Both the position numbers and the translations under genes were made by a program. Positions 49,477-60,483 of a DNA stretch of 64,000 bases are shown here, in pieces (positions within the stretch are counted from its first letter, which is position 1; each line of letters starts with the position of its first letter). The notes below the pieces were generated by a model, which was given only the letters and a program-made list of their open reading frames with translations, was not told the DNA's origin and made no database searches. Source of the DNA: an uncultured Candidatus Binatia bacterium (lineage in GTDB: Bacteria; Desulfobacterota; Binatia; UBA9968; CAXXLF01); the NCBI GenBank assembly GCA_965218425.1, contig OZ244621.1, forward strand, positions 3,040,001 through 3,104,000, read 5' to 3'.

Positions 49477-50403
49477 CGCAGCAACTTCATGAGCGACTTC
49501 AGTGAATCAGTGGAGGGCATCGAGGAAAGCAAAACTATTCCACGGTTCTGGCAGGCCAGCGGCGGTGCCGACGCGCCAATAAAGGCGCTGAGTGTACCTG
49601 GTGTAGTGGTGGGTAAGATCAAACAGACGAAGCGATTGACCCGGCATGCAGTGGACTCTCTGAAGCAGCATAGTCCCGGTGGTTTCAAGATCACTCTACC
49701 ATCAGCCAACCAGTTCCCGGCCATATTCTATAAAAAAGGAGTTGCCGATAAAGTTTACCCCAGCCATTCAGCATTGCTCTGGGACATTGTCCCCGTGATC
49801 AAGGCGCAGATTCAGGCCCTGGTGGGTGAAGGAGTGCCCTATGTGCAAATTGGTGCCCCCCGCTACAGTTACTACGTCGATCCCGAGTGGCAGAACTATA
49901 TCAAAAATGAATTGGCTCTAGACCCCCGCCGGGCACTGGATGAGGCGGTTCAGGCTGACTATGCCTGTCTAGAGGGCGTCATGCGTGCGGGTGTAAATCT
50001 GGCCGTTCACCTCTGCAGGGGCAATAACCGGAGCCAATGGTTGGCGGAGGGAGGATACGATGCCATCGCGGAGAAACTCTTCGGCCAGCTTCAGGTGGAT
50101 ACCTTCCTCCTTGAATACGACACGGAGCGGGCTGGTGGCTTCGAACCCCTTCGATTTGTGCCGCGGCGTAAGAATGTCGTCCTGGGACTGGCAAGCACGA
50201 AGGTGCCGGATCTGGAAACGCAAGATGATTTGACTAGGCGTATTGACCAAGCCGGCAAGTACATTCCTCTGGAAAACCTTGCCCTCAGCCCCCAGTGCGG
50301 CTTTGCCTCTGTCATGGAGGGCAATCTGATCAATGAAGGCGATCAGTGGCGTAAGCTCAAGCTAGTGGTTGATGCCGCCGCCATGGTGTGGGGCTATGGT
50401 TAG
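49477..50403 (+). pseudogene. Cobalamin-independent methionine synthase II-family protein, N-terminally truncated
   Basis: HLCRGN, LEYDTERAG, VVLGL, LSPQCGFAS; frame begins ...*RSNFMSDF and lacks the N-terminal HVGSLLRP/DGE region. Confidence 0.72.
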
Positions 50404-50570
50404 AATCGTCAAAGCTTCAGCACGATTCGATCGATGTTTAGTTCTGCCGGGCCATTTACTCCTAGGTATCATAGGTTTTTTTGTTACTGTTGACGTGCTA
50501 GAAATGGGGAACGAGGTGGAAGGCCGTCCTGTTTGTCGTCACACGTTGATTTTATAGTTTTAGCCGCCCG

Positions 50571-51851
50571 ATGAAAATCACAAGAATCCGAGGATTTTCC
50601 GATCTCCTTCCGGGAGAGACCGAAACCTGGCAATTCGTGGAAAGTGTAGCGCGGGAGGTTTTCGCCCGCTACAACTTCTCCGAGATCCGGATCCCTATTT
50701 TGGAAAAGACGGAGCTGTTCAGCCGATCGCTGGGTGAGACCACGGATATCGTGGAGAAAGAGATGTACACGTTTTCGGATCAGGATGCCAAAGGCTCCAT
50801 GCTTACATTGAGACCGGAAGGCACCGCCGGCGTAGTGCGAGCATACATAGAAGCGGGTCTCGCCCAGGTGGAACCGACGCAAAAGCTCTACTACCTGGGC
50901 CCCATGTTCCGCCGCGAGCGGCCGCAAAAGGGGAGGTTCAGGCAGTTTTATCAGATCGGCGCAGAGGTGCTGGGGCGAAAGGACCCGGTGGCGGATGCTG
51001 AGCTGCTGTTGTTGCTCCACGATTTCTTCTCCACTTTGGGGTTGCACGATTTATCTCTGGAGCTTAATTCACTCGGCTGTTCGCAGTGTCGCCCGCGCTA
51101 CCGAGGCCAGCTGCTCAAGTTTTTGAAGCGGAGAGAAGATCAACTTTGCGACAACTGCCGGCGCCGCATGGAACGCAATCCTCTGCGTGTTCTGGATTGT
51201 AAGGAGCAGTCTTGCTCTGAGCTGACCAGGAAGGCGCCCCGTATCATCGATTATCTCTGCCAGGCCTGTCAGGACCACTTCGGCGAAGTGAAGCGTTTGC
51301 TCGAAGAGACCAAGGTGTCTTACGTTGTCAACCCCAAAATGGTACGAGGTCTGGATTACTACGGGCGCACGACATTCGAGTGGACCACAAACCGTTTAGG
51401 GTCTCAAAGCGCGGTGGCGGCCGGGGGACGTTACGATGGTCTGGTTAAAGAGCTGGGAGGTCCTGCCGTGGCTGGGGTGGGGTTCGCCCTAGGCATGGAG
51501 CGGCTGGTGCTCTTGTTAGGGTCGGGAGAAGAAAGTCGATTCAATCGCCCGGGCCTTTATCTGGCCTGGATGGGAAAGGCCGCCGGTGATTGGGCCTTCC
51601 CGGTTGCCCATGCGCTACGTCAAAAAGGAGTTGTGGTGGAGATGGAAGGAGAGGAGAAGAGCTTGAAGAGTCAGATGAGACGGGCGGACAAGGTCAAGGC
51701 CCAGTACGTCTTTATTGTGGGTGAGGACGAACTGAACAAAGGCAAGGGAATCCTGCGGCACATGGGTAGTAGGGAACAGGTGGCAGTGGGTCTCAAGGGG
51801 GTTCTGGCCGAACTGTCGGGTAAGTTGCCCACGTCCAAGACAGTCCTATGA
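50571..51851 (+). CDS. hisS: Histidine--tRNA ligase
   Basis: DIVEKEMY, LRPEGTA, FRRERPQKGRFRQF, VRGLDYY, GGRYDGL. Confidence 0.98.
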   Translation: MKITRIRGFSDLLPGETETWQFVESVAREVFARYNFSEIRIPILEKTELFSRSLGETTDIVEKEMYTFSDQDAKGSMLTLRPEGTAGVVRAYIEAGLAQVEPTQKLYYLGPMFRRERPQKGRFRQFYQIGAEVLGRKDPVADAELLLLLHDFFSTLGLHDLSLELNSLGCSQCRPRYRGQLLKFLKRREDQLCDNCRRRMERNPLRVLDCKEQSCSELTRKAPRIIDYLCQACQDHFGEVKRLLEETKVSYVVNPKMVRGLDYYGRTTFEWTTNRLGSQSAVAAGGRYDGLVKELGGPAVAGVGFALGMERLVLLLGSGEESRFNRPGLYLAWMGKAAGDWAFPVAHALRQKGVVVEMEGEEKSLKSQMRRADKVKAQYVFIVGEDELNKGKGILRHMGSREQVAVGLKGVLAELSGKLPTSKTVL

Positions 51852-53659
51852 GTCAAGCAAATACAGAAAGAGTTTTTTCCGATCCCTTGGGGGATTGGAA
51901 AAGAAGCTGCTTCTGCGCCGAGCCTCGCGGTTCATCTGAAGGGAAAGAGCTTGTCCTCATGGGCTGGGTCCTGCGCCGGCGTGACCATGGCGGACTGGTT
52001 TTTATGGACCTCCGTGATCGTACCGGTATCGTTCAGGTTGTCTTCAATCCGGCAGTGGATGGCACGGCCCATGAACGGGCGAAGCATATCCGGCACGAGG
52101 ATGTTTTGGCCGTGCGGGGAGTTTTGTCAAAAAGAACCCCTGAAACCATTAACCCCGAAATCGCCACGGGCGAAGTGGAGCTCATGGTCAGGGAGGTCAA
52201 GCTCTTGAGTGCGTCGCGGGTGCCGCCTTTTTCCCTGGAGGATGACACCGACGCCAACGAGAACACGCGGCTAAAATACCGCTACCTCGATATACGCCGT
52301 CCCCAGAGTTTGCAACATCTCGTTTTGCGCCATCGGATGGTGAAAAAAATTCGCGACTACCTGGACGGTCTAGGTTTCATCGAAGTGGAGACTCCCATGT
52401 TAACCAAGAGCACGCCGGAGGGGGCGAGGGACTATCTTGTCCCTAGTCGAGTCTATCCGGGTAAGTTCTACGCGCTGCCCCAATCGCCTCAACTGTTCAA
52501 GCAGGTTCTCATGGTGGGGGGTGTGGATCGCTATTTTCAGATCGTGCGGTGCTTCCGTGACGAGGATCTTCGGGCCGACCGGCAACCGGAATTCACTCAG
52601 CTCGACGTGGAAATGTCTTTTGTTCAGCCGGAGGACGTATTTCAAGCGGTTGAGGGCATGATGGTGCTGCTCTTCAAGGAGCTCAAAGGCGTGGAGATCA
52701 AAGGGCCGTTCCCACGTCTGTCATACGCCGATGCCATGTCTCTGTATGGATCCGACAAGCCGGACCTTCGCTTTGGGCTCGAGCTATCGGAATTTTCCGC
52801 CGTCTTTCAGGGCTCGAAGGTGACGGTATTTTCCAAGGCACTGGAAAAGGGCGGGATTGTCAAAGGACTCTGCGTACCGGGTGGGGCAAGCCTGTCACGC
52901 AAGGAGTTGGATGACCTAACGGCCTATGTGGCGGAGTTTGGTGCCAAGGGCATGGCATGGATCAAGATTTCAGATAAGGGATGGCAGTCTCCCCTCACAA
53001 AGTTTCTTTCCGCAACTGAACGGGACGAGATCCAAAAGATCACCAAGACAAAGGAAGGAGATATCATATTATTCGCTGCCGACCAGGCAAGCATCGTCCA
53101 TGAATCACTGGCCAACCTTCGCCTGCGACTGATCGACAAGATGGGGCTCAAGCCCAAGCAGGAGTACAATCTGACATGGGTCGTGGATTTCCCACTGCTA
53201 GGGTACGACACAGGTGAGAAGCGGTACGTTGCCGTCCACCATCCGTTTACGGCTCCTCGAGATGAGGACCACTCATTACTCGGCACCGATCCTTCAAGGG
53301 TGCGCTCCAAGGCCTATGATTTGGTCCTCAACGGCGTTGAGGTGGGGGGTGGAAGCATCCGTATCCACCAGGTGGAATTGCAGAAGGAGATCCTGGCACT
53401 CCTGGGTATCGCTGCTGATGAGGCGCAGTCGCAGTTCGGGTTTTTTCTGGAAGCGTTGAGTTTCGGCGCGCCGCCTCATGGTGGCATCGCCTTCGGCATT
53501 GACCGGCTTGCCATGCTTATGAGCGGCGCCCAATCCCTCCGGGAGGTCATCGCATTTCCCAAGAGCCAAAAGGCCGTTTGCTTGCTCACCGATGCTCCGA
53601 GTCGTGTGGACCCCAAGCAACTGAGGGAACTTGGGATCAAGACCGTGACCGGTGATTGA
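51848..53659 (+). CDS. aspS: Aspartate--tRNA ligase
   Basis: RRRDHGG, STPEGARDY, LPQSPQLFKQ, FRDEDLRADRQPEF, GAPPHGG. Confidence 0.98.
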   Translation: MSQANTERVFSDPLGDWKRSCFCAEPRGSSEGKELVLMGWVLRRRDHGGLVFMDLRDRTGIVQVVFNPAVDGTAHERAKHIRHEDVLAVRGVLSKRTPETINPEIATGEVELMVREVKLLSASRVPPFSLEDDTDANENTRLKYRYLDIRRPQSLQHLVLRHRMVKKIRDYLDGLGFIEVETPMLTKSTPEGARDYLVPSRVYPGKFYALPQSPQLFKQVLMVGGVDRYFQIVRCFRDEDLRADRQPEFTQLDVEMSFVQPEDVFQAVEGMMVLLFKELKGVEIKGPFPRLSYADAMSLYGSDKPDLRFGLELSEFSAVFQGSKVTVFSKALEKGGIVKGLCVPGGASLSRKELDDLTAYVAEFGAKGMAWIKISDKGWQSPLTKFLSATERDEIQKITKTKEGDIILFAADQASIVHESLANLRLRLIDKMGLKPKQEYNLTWVVDFPLLGYDTGEKRYVAVHHPFTAPRDEDHSLLGTDPSRVRSKAYDLVLNGVEVGGGSIRIHQVELQKEILALLGIAADEAQSQFGFFLEALSFGAPPHGGIAFGIDRLAMLMSGAQSLREVIAFPKSQKAVCLLTDAPSRVDPKQLRELGIKTVTGD

Positions 53660-53695
53660 TCGGTCTAAGTTTTCCTGCCGTGCCGGCATCTGAAT

Positions 53696-54229
53696 TTACC
53701 GATTGATCCAGTAGCGGGCGAATTCGGGAAGGTAGGTAAGGCTGGTTAGATCTTTCATCCGATCGAGGAAGACCTTCCCCTGCAAGTGGTCCCATTCGTG
53801 CTGGACAACGCGGGCGTGAAATCCACATGCGACGAAGTCCAGTGCTTTCCCCTCGCGGTTGAAACCCACCACCTTGATCTCTTTGTAACGCGGGACCTTC
53901 CCGCGCATCTCGATGATGCTGAGGCATCCCTCCCAGTCCTCTTCCATTTCCTCGGATAGCGGTTCAATCTTTGGGTTTATCAGCACCGATAGGGGGACTT
54001 CAGGTTTTTGCGGGTAACGGGGATTATCGGCCACCTCTAGGACGGCAATTTGACTGGGTATATGAACCTGCACGGCGGCAAGGCCTACCCCATCGTATTC
54101 TTTCATGGTTTCCACCATGTTATCGATTAGTCGCTGAGTCTCGGGGGTGGTGATCTCTTTCCGTGCCAGATCCTTGGCAACACCACGCAGCACGGGATGT
54201 CCCAGCCTTGCCACCTTGAGGATGGACAT
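53696..54229 (-). CDS. def: Peptide deformylase
   Basis: GVGLAAVQ, EGCLS, QHEWDHL. Confidence 0.97.
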   Translation of the reverse strand: MSILKVARLGHPVLRGVAKDLARKEITTPETQRLIDNMVETMKEYDGVGLAAVQVHIPSQIAVLEVADNPRYPQKPEVPLSVLINPKIEPLSEEMEEDWEGCLSIIEMRGKVPRYKEIKVVGFNREGKALDFVACGFHARVVQHEWDHLQGKVFLDRMKDLTSLTYLPEFARYWINR

Positions 54230-54384
54230 GCCTGATTTAATAGCATAGGTGGAAGGGGTGGGGGAAGGGAATTAGCCGGAAGTGTGTTTTAAATGGGGCG
54301 AGAGCACTCTCCAACGGTGCCTATTTCACGCCGTGAACGACAGTATCCCCAATTTTCCTCAATTGACTCAAAGCGTTGCAGCTA

Positions 54385-54414
54385 TTGACATTGTGGATTT
54401 TCTAGGTCTATATT
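54385..54414 (+). promoter_or_regulatory. Candidate sigma70 promoter for the Rrf2-nuoB-suf unit
   Basis: TTGACA (54385-54390), 18-nt spacer, TATATT (54409-54414), upstream of an AAGGAGGT RBS. Confidence 0.5.
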
Positions 54415-54449
54415 ACACAAGTAGCGACTTTTGCAAGGAGGTGTCACCT

Positions 54450-54944
54450 GTGCAGGATGACGGCTCATTCAAGTCCATGAAAAACGACAGAAGTTCCCTG
54501 ATGAATGTGGGGCGTCGGGTAGATTACGCGGTTCGTGCGCTTTCCTATCTGGCAGCTCAGCCCCTAAACAGGGTCATCGGTAGCCGGGAGATCACACAGA
54601 AGCAGGATATTCCGTCCCACTACCTATCCAAGATCATGAAAGACTTAGTTGCCATGGGGTTGGTCAAGTCTCATGTGGGGTGCAGGGGAGGATTTAGCCT
54701 CGCCAAACCGGCGGATGCCATTAGCCTGAAGGAAGTATATGAGGCGGTGGAAAAACCCCTGGTCCTTATGGAATGCCTGGATAAAGGGGAGCCATCCTGT
54801 CCTTACGATGCTGTCTGTACCCAGATCTCAGTGTGGGATAGGGCGCAGAGCCTCCTTACGAACTACCTTGCTGGAATTTCCCTGGGAAGCATTGCGGATG
54901 AAAGCGGACTCAAGAGACGGATAGCAAGCCCCGTCCCTTTTTGA
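54450..54944 (+). CDS. Rrf2-family transcriptional regulator (IscR-like, three Cys)
   Basis: DYAVRAL, YLSKIM, GGFSLAKP, ECLDKGEPSCPYDAVC; start uncertain (GTG 54450 with strong RBS, or ATG 54501). Confidence 0.9.
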   Translation: MQDDGSFKSMKNDRSSLMNVGRRVDYAVRALSYLAAQPLNRVIGSREITQKQDIPSHYLSKIMKDLVAMGLVKSHVGCRGGFSLAKPADAISLKEVYEAVEKPLVLMECLDKGEPSCPYDAVCTQISVWDRAQSLLTNYLAGISLGSIADESGLKRRIASPVPF

Positions 54945-55076
54945 TTTTTTTAGCCATAAGGTAGATTCAGTAGGTCCATTTTTGTCTAGGGGCGAAACTT
55001 TAATGGGGAATCACTGCTTATCGGGCTATTTATTAGAGTTCAATCATAAAAACACCAGGCCGCGCGGAGGAGATCA

Positions 55077-55568
55077 ATGCCATTAACCAACACTCTACCT
55101 GAAACGGTCTTTACGACAAAAGTCGATGACCTGCTCAATTGGGGCAGGGCCTCTTCACAGTGGTACATGCTGTTTGGCCTGGCGTGCTGCGCCATTGAGT
55201 TGATGCAGACGGGTGGGCCGCGAGCCGATGTGGACCGCTTTGGCTGCGTTCCAAGGGCAACGCCGCGCCAGTCGGATCTAATGATCGTGGCCGGTACGCT
55301 TACCTATAAAATGGCCAAGCGCACGAAGCTCCTTTACGACCAAATGCCCGATCCAAAGTACGTTATCTCCATGGGGAGCTGCTCGAATTGTGGCGGTCTC
55401 TTTCAGATGGCCTATTCTGTGTGTAAAGGCGTAGATAAAATCATTCCCGTGGATGTTTATGTTCCCGGGTGCCCTCCTCGGCCCGAGGCCCTAACGGAAG
55501 GGTTGTTGAGGATCCAGGACAAGATCATGAAGGAGCGATGGCTGGTAAAGAGTGCTGCAGCAATCTAG
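55077..55568 (+). CDS. nuoB: NADH-quinone oxidoreductase subunit B-like Fe-S protein (no other nuo genes nearby)
   Basis: [43 protein letters not shown]. Confidence 0.93.
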   Translation: MPLTNTLPETVFTTKVDDLLNWGRASSQWYMLFGLACCAIELMQTGGPRADVDRFGCVPRATPRQSDLMIVAGTLTYKMAKRTKLLYDQMPDPKYVISMGSCSNCGGLFQMAYSVCKGVDKIIPVDVYVPGCPPRPEALTEGLLRIQDKIMKERWLVKSAAAI

Positions 55569-55606
55569 GGCCGGCTAACTGAGGTGGCGGCGAAGCAGGC
55601 GAAATT

Positions 55607-57052
55607 ATGATCGATGAAGCCGTTGTAAAGCAGGACTATAAGTACGGATTCGTCACCGATGTGGCCGCGGACACTGTCCCACGTGGCCTGAACGAGGACA
55701 TAGTTCAGACCATCTCCGCCAAGAAGAACGAGCCCCAATGGTTATTGGACTGGCGACTCAAGGCCTACCGGCATTGGGTCAAAATGGAAAAGAAAGAAGG
55801 GGCACCGAAGTGGGCCAACGTTCACCATCCACCGATTAACTATCAGGACATTATTTACTATTCGGCGCCGAAGGCCGTGGCAGATCGACCGAAGAGCCTT
55901 GAAGAGGTTGACCCGGAGCTGCTCAAGACCTATGAAAAGCTGGGAATCCCTCTCATGGAGCAGGAAAAATTGGCAGGGGTGGCCGTGGATGCAGTCTTCG
56001 ACAGCGTCTCCGTTGCCACAACGTTTAAAGAAAAGCTGGGCGAGATGGGGGTTCTGTTCTGCTCATTTTCAGAGGCGGTTCAGCAGTATCCGGACCTCGT
56101 TAAAAAGTATCTCGGATCAGTGGTGCCCTACACGGACAATTTCTATGCCAGTTTGAACTCTGCGGTCTTCAGTGACGGATCGTTTTGCTATGTGCCCAAA
56201 GGCGTGAGATGTCCCATGGAGCTTTCCACCTACTTTCGAATCAACGCCGCGGAAACGGGTCAGTTCGAGCGGACTCTCATTGTGGCGGAAGAGGGTAGCT
56301 ACGTAAGCTACCTTGAAGGATGTACGGCCCCCATGCGGGATATCAATCAATTGCATGCTGCGGTGGTGGAGTTGGTTGCACTCGATAACGCGCAGATCAA
56401 ATACTCCACGGTTCAAAATTGGTATCCTGGGGACAAGGATGGCAAGGGCGGCATCTACAATTTCGTCACCAAGCGTGGCAAATGCCTTGGCAAAAACTCA
56501 AAGATATCGTGGACCCAGGTGGAAACCGGATCCGCCATCACCTGGAAGTATCCCAGTTGCATTTTGCAGGGGGACAACTCGGTGGGTGAGTTTTATTCGG
56601 TGGCCCTTACCAACAATTTTCAGCAGGCAGATACCGGAACTAAAATGATTCACATGGGGAAGAACACACGGAGCACCATCATCTCCAAGGGCATCTCTGC
56701 CGGCCATGGCCAAAACAGCTACCGTGGTCTGGTGAAAGTCCTCAAGGGGGCCACCGGTGCTCGAAACTATTCCCAGTGCGATTCGTTGCTGCTGGGGGAC
56801 CAATGTGGTGCCCATACCTTCCCGTACCTCGAGGTGATGAACAGCTCGGCCCAGGTGGAGCATGAGGCTTCGACTTCGAAGATCGGTGAGGATCAGCTCT
56901 TCTATTGCAAGCAACGGGGGATCTCAGCCGAGGACGCGGTTACCATGATCGTAAGTGGCTTCTGTAAGCAGGTCTTTCGTGAGCTGCCCATGGAGTTTGC
57001 AGTGGAAGCCCAAAAGCTGCTGGGAGTCAGTCTCGAAGGCAGCGTTGGATGA
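55607..57052 (+). CDS. sufB: Fe-S cluster assembly protein SufB
   Basis: [40 protein letters not shown]. Confidence 0.98.
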   Translation: MIDEAVVKQDYKYGFVTDVAADTVPRGLNEDIVQTISAKKNEPQWLLDWRLKAYRHWVKMEKKEGAPKWANVHHPPINYQDIIYYSAPKAVADRPKSLEEVDPELLKTYEKLGIPLMEQEKLAGVAVDAVFDSVSVATTFKEKLGEMGVLFCSFSEAVQQYPDLVKKYLGSVVPYTDNFYASLNSAVFSDGSFCYVPKGVRCPMELSTYFRINAAETGQFERTLIVAEEGSYVSYLEGCTAPMRDINQLHAAVVELVALDNAQIKYSTVQNWYPGDKDGKGGIYNFVTKRGKCLGKNSKISWTQVETGSAITWKYPSCILQGDNSVGEFYSVALTNNFQQADTGTKMIHMGKNTRSTIISKGISAGHGQNSYRGLVKVLKGATGARNYSQCDSLLLGDQCGAHTFPYLEVMNSSAQVEHEASTSKIGEDQLFYCKQRGISAEDAVTMIVSGFCKQVFRELPMEFAVEAQKLLGVSLEGSVG

Positions 57053-57079
57053 GCCGGGAGAGGCGCAAAGGGGAATATC

Positions 57080-57847
57080 GTGCTGACGATTAAAGATTTA
57101 AAGGCCAATGCAGAGGGCAATGAAATCCTGAAGGGAATTAATCTCACAGTCAACGCCGGTGAAGTTCATGCCGTCATGGGTCCCAATGGTTCGGGTAAAA
57201 GTACTCTGGCCCACGTTCTTGCGGGACGGGAAGGTTATGAAGTGACCGGGGGCGAGGTGAGGTACGAAGGAAGGGACCTGCTGGCCATGTCACCTGAGGA
57301 ACGGGCTCGCCAGGGAGTCTTCCTGGCGTTTCAATATCCAGTGGAAATTCCTGGAGTGAGCACCACCTACTTTATGAAGGCTGCCCTCAACGCGGTGAGA
57401 AAAGGACGTGGCCTTGAAGAGCTGGATGCGATGGATTTCTTGGCCCTGGCTAAGGAGAAGATGAAACTGGTGGAGATGGACCGGGATCTTCTGAATCGGC
57501 CAATCAACGAGGGGTTTTCCGGCGGTGAGAAAAAACGCAACGAGATTTTTCAGATGGCGGTGTTGGAGCCGAAGCTGGCCATCTTGGACGAGACGGATTC
57601 CGGACTGGACATCGATGCCCTAAGAATCGTAGCGGGGGGTGTCAACTCCCTGCGTAACAAGGACACCGCTATGATTGTGGTGACTCATTACCAGCGATTG
57701 TTGGACTACATTGTGCCGGACTATGTCCACGTTCTCTTCGATGGCCGCATCGTCAAATCCGGAGACCGGAGTCTTGCCCTGGAGTTGGAAGAAAGAGGAT
57801 ATGGCTGGGTTGAGGGGCAGGTCCAGGGCGCTCAGGCCTCAACCTAA
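57080..57847 (+). CDS. sufC: Fe-S cluster assembly ATPase SufC
   Basis: MGPNGSGKST, AFQYPVEIPGV, GFSGGEKKRNE, LDETDSGLDID. Confidence 0.98.
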   Translation: MLTIKDLKANAEGNEILKGINLTVNAGEVHAVMGPNGSGKSTLAHVLAGREGYEVTGGEVRYEGRDLLAMSPEERARQGVFLAFQYPVEIPGVSTTYFMKAALNAVRKGRGLEELDAMDFLALAKEKMKLVEMDRDLLNRPINEGFSGGEKKRNEIFQMAVLEPKLAILDETDSGLDIDALRIVAGGVNSLRNKDTAMIVVTHYQRLLDYIVPDYVHVLFDGRIVKSGDRSLALELEERGYGWVEGQVQGAQAST

Positions 57848-57865
57848 AAAAGGACAATTCCCGCT

Positions 57866-59206
57866 GTGATGAATACCACCGAAGCAAGGGACTTCTATCG
57901 AGACCACTTCGTTCAATTCGAAAAGGACCTCCATAGCAACCAGGCATGGACTCACTTGGTTCGCCGGGAGGCCATCTCTCGGTTCTCCGAGCTTGGGTTT
58001 CCAAGCGCCGGTCATGAGGAATGGAAGTATACCAACGTTGCACCCATCGCGAAGATCCCTTTTGAGCCGGCTCGGGATGGGCTCAACGGCGTCACATCCG
58101 AGACCCTCGCCCGACTGGGTGTTGGGAATCTGGTGGATCATAGGATTGTTTTCATTAACGGCCGCTACTCTCGCAATCTCTCGTCTTTCGAAATCCCCGA
58201 AAATGTTCGGGTCGGTAGCCTGTCTGCGGTTCTGGGTGATCATCCCGCAAGTGTGGAGCCTTACCTGGCGCGCTACGCCAGCTACCAGGACCAAGCCTTT
58301 GTGGCCTTGAACACGGCGTGGATGAATGATGGTTGCTTTGTTCATGTCCCGAAGGGCAGTATCCTTGGGGAGCCCATCCATCTGATTTTCTTTTCAACCA
58401 CCCAAGGCGAAGCCACGGTTTCTTACCCTCGCAACCTCATTGTAATCGGTGACGAGGGCCAGGCGAGCATCGTGGAAACCTATCTGGGCGTGAAAGACGA
58501 AGTCTACTTCACCAACGCCGTGACCGAGATCGTGCTGGGTAAAGATGCCGTGGTGGATCATTACAAACTTCAATGTGAAAGCCGCAGCGCCTTCCACGTG
58601 GCCACCTTGCAGGTTCATCAGCACCGGAACAGCAACTTTTCCTCACATTCCGTTTCCCTGGGGGGGGCCCTTGCACGTAATGACTTTAATTCAGTGTTGG
58701 ACGGAGAGGGCAGCGAGTGTTCCCTCAACGGCCTCTACACGGTGGACGGGAAGCGGCATGTGGACAACCACACACGGGTGGACCATGTGAAACCCCATTG
58801 CAACAGCCGCGAGCTCTATAAAGGTATCTTGGGTGGGAGAGGGAAGGGAGTCTTCAATGGCAAGATCTACGTCCATGGGGCTGCTCCAGGGACTGATGCC
58901 AAACAGACCAATAAAAACCTCCTGCTGTCCGAGGAGGCTACCATTAACACCAAACCCCAATTGGAAATTTATAACGACAACGTAAAGTGCACGCACGGTT
59001 CCACGGTGGGCCAGCTGGATCCAGATGCCGTCTTTTACCTCCGCTCTCGAGGGATGGGTCTCCAGGATGCCCGTAGGCTCATGACTTTTGCGTTCGCGAG
59101 CGAAATTATCGGAACGGTTAAGCCGGCGAAGCTCCGTTCCTGGCTCGAAGAGACGTTTCACTCAAGGTCTTACCAGTCGGGTGATTCGGAATCCTTGGAG
59201 AAGTAA
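57866..59206 (+). CDS. sufD: Fe-S cluster assembly protein SufD
   Basis: EEWKYT, GVFNGKI, KPQLEIYNDNVKCTHG, FYLRSRG. Confidence 0.97.
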   Translation: MMNTTEARDFYRDHFVQFEKDLHSNQAWTHLVRREAISRFSELGFPSAGHEEWKYTNVAPIAKIPFEPARDGLNGVTSETLARLGVGNLVDHRIVFINGRYSRNLSSFEIPENVRVGSLSAVLGDHPASVEPYLARYASYQDQAFVALNTAWMNDGCFVHVPKGSILGEPIHLIFFSTTQGEATVSYPRNLIVIGDEGQASIVETYLGVKDEVYFTNAVTEIVLGKDAVVDHYKLQCESRSAFHVATLQVHQHRNSNFSSHSVSLGGALARNDFNSVLDGEGSECSLNGLYTVDGKRHVDNHTRVDHVKPHCNSRELYKGILGGRGKGVFNGKIYVHGAAPGTDAKQTNKNLLLSEEATINTKPQLEIYNDNVKCTHGSTVGQLDPDAVFYLRSRGMGLQDARRLMTFAFASEIIGTVKPAKLRSWLEETFHSRSYQSGDSESLEK

Positions 59207-59211
59207 ATCAG

Positions 59212-60483
59212 ATGACCGTAAGCAGACAGAGCGTCGCGGCCAGTGATTGGAAAAACCCGGAGAGACCCTTTGACGTAGGGGAAATCCGGAAGGACTTTCC
59301 GATCCTGCAGCGAAAAGTCCATGGTAAATCGCTGGTCTACCTTGACAATGCCGCTACAAGTCAGAAGCCGCAGGCGGTTATTGATGCCATTGACAGATAC
59401 TACAGCAACGAAAATTCGAATATTCATCGTGGCGTCCATCAATTAAGCGAGGAGGCCACAAAGAACTATGAAGACGCCCGGAAAAAAATCCGGCGTTTCA
59501 TCAATGCTCCAAAGGATCGGGAAATTGTCTTTGTGCGCAGCACCACGGAGGCCATAAACCTTGTGGCTCAGAGTTACGGCAGGAAGTTTATCCGTACGGG
59601 TGAGGAAATTGTCATTTCGGCCATGGAGCATCACTCGAATATCGTGCCGTGGCAGATGCTGTGCGAGGCGACCGGCGCTAAGCTCCGTGTGATCCCCATT
59701 AGCCAGGAAGGGGAAATACTGTTTGATGAGTATCGGGGCCTGTTAAATGATCGGACCAGATTGGTCTCCGTGGCCCATGTTTCGAACGCGCTTGGCACCA
59801 TCAATCCGGTCAAGGAGATGGTTGAGGAGGCCCATCACCGAAAAATACCCGTGTTCGTCGATGGAGCCCAGGCGGCGCCTCACATGAAAATCGATGTTCA
59901 GGACCTGGGTTGTGATTTCTACGCGTTCTCAGGGCACAAGTTATTTGGTCCCACGGGAATCGGTGTGCTTTACGGCAAGGCGAGCCTGCTGGAGGCCATG
60001 CCGCCCTATCAAGGGGGCGGTGACATGATCAGTCTGGTGACCTTCGAGAAAACCCATTACAATGTTTTGCCATATAGATTCGAAGCGGGCACCCCGAACA
60101 TTGCCGGGGGAATCGGATTGGGCGCGGCCATTGACTATCTCGACGGGATTGGGTTCGCGGCAGTGGAAGCCCATGAAAGCCAGATCCTGTCCTATGCCAC
60201 GGAAGCCCTTTCGTCCATTCCAGGGCTGCGGTTCATCGGAACGCCGAAACGGAGGGCAGGCGTGATCTCCTTCCTGTTGGAAGGTATTCACGCCCATGAT
60301 ATCGGTACAATCTTGGATCAGGAGGGAGTTGCTATCCGAACGGGACATCACTGCGCCATGCCTGTCATGCAGCGCTTTGGCGTGCCCGCAACGGCAAGGG
60401 CATCCTTCGCCTTTTACAATACAAAAGACGAAGTAGGCGCTTTGGTCCGGGCCATGGGTAAAGTCCAAGAGGTATTTGGTTGA
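59212..60483 (+). CDS. sufS: Cysteine desulfurase SufS
   Basis: YLDNAATSQKP, EHHSNIVPW, SGHK, RTGHHCA. Confidence 0.97.
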   Translation: MTVSRQSVAASDWKNPERPFDVGEIRKDFPILQRKVHGKSLVYLDNAATSQKPQAVIDAIDRYYSNENSNIHRGVHQLSEEATKNYEDARKKIRRFINAPKDREIVFVRSTTEAINLVAQSYGRKFIRTGEEIVISAMEHHSNIVPWQMLCEATGAKLRVIPISQEGEILFDEYRGLLNDRTRLVSVAHVSNALGTINPVKEMVEEAHHRKIPVFVDGAQAAPHMKIDVQDLGCDFYAFSGHKLFGPTGIGVLYGKASLLEAMPPYQGGGDMISLVTFEKTHYNVLPYRFEAGTPNIAGGIGLGAAIDYLDGIGFAAVEAHESQILSYATEALSSIPGLRFIGTPKRRAGVISFLLEGIHAHDIGTILDQEGVAIRTGHHCAMPVMQRFGVPATARASFAFYNTKDEVGALVRAMGKVQEVFG

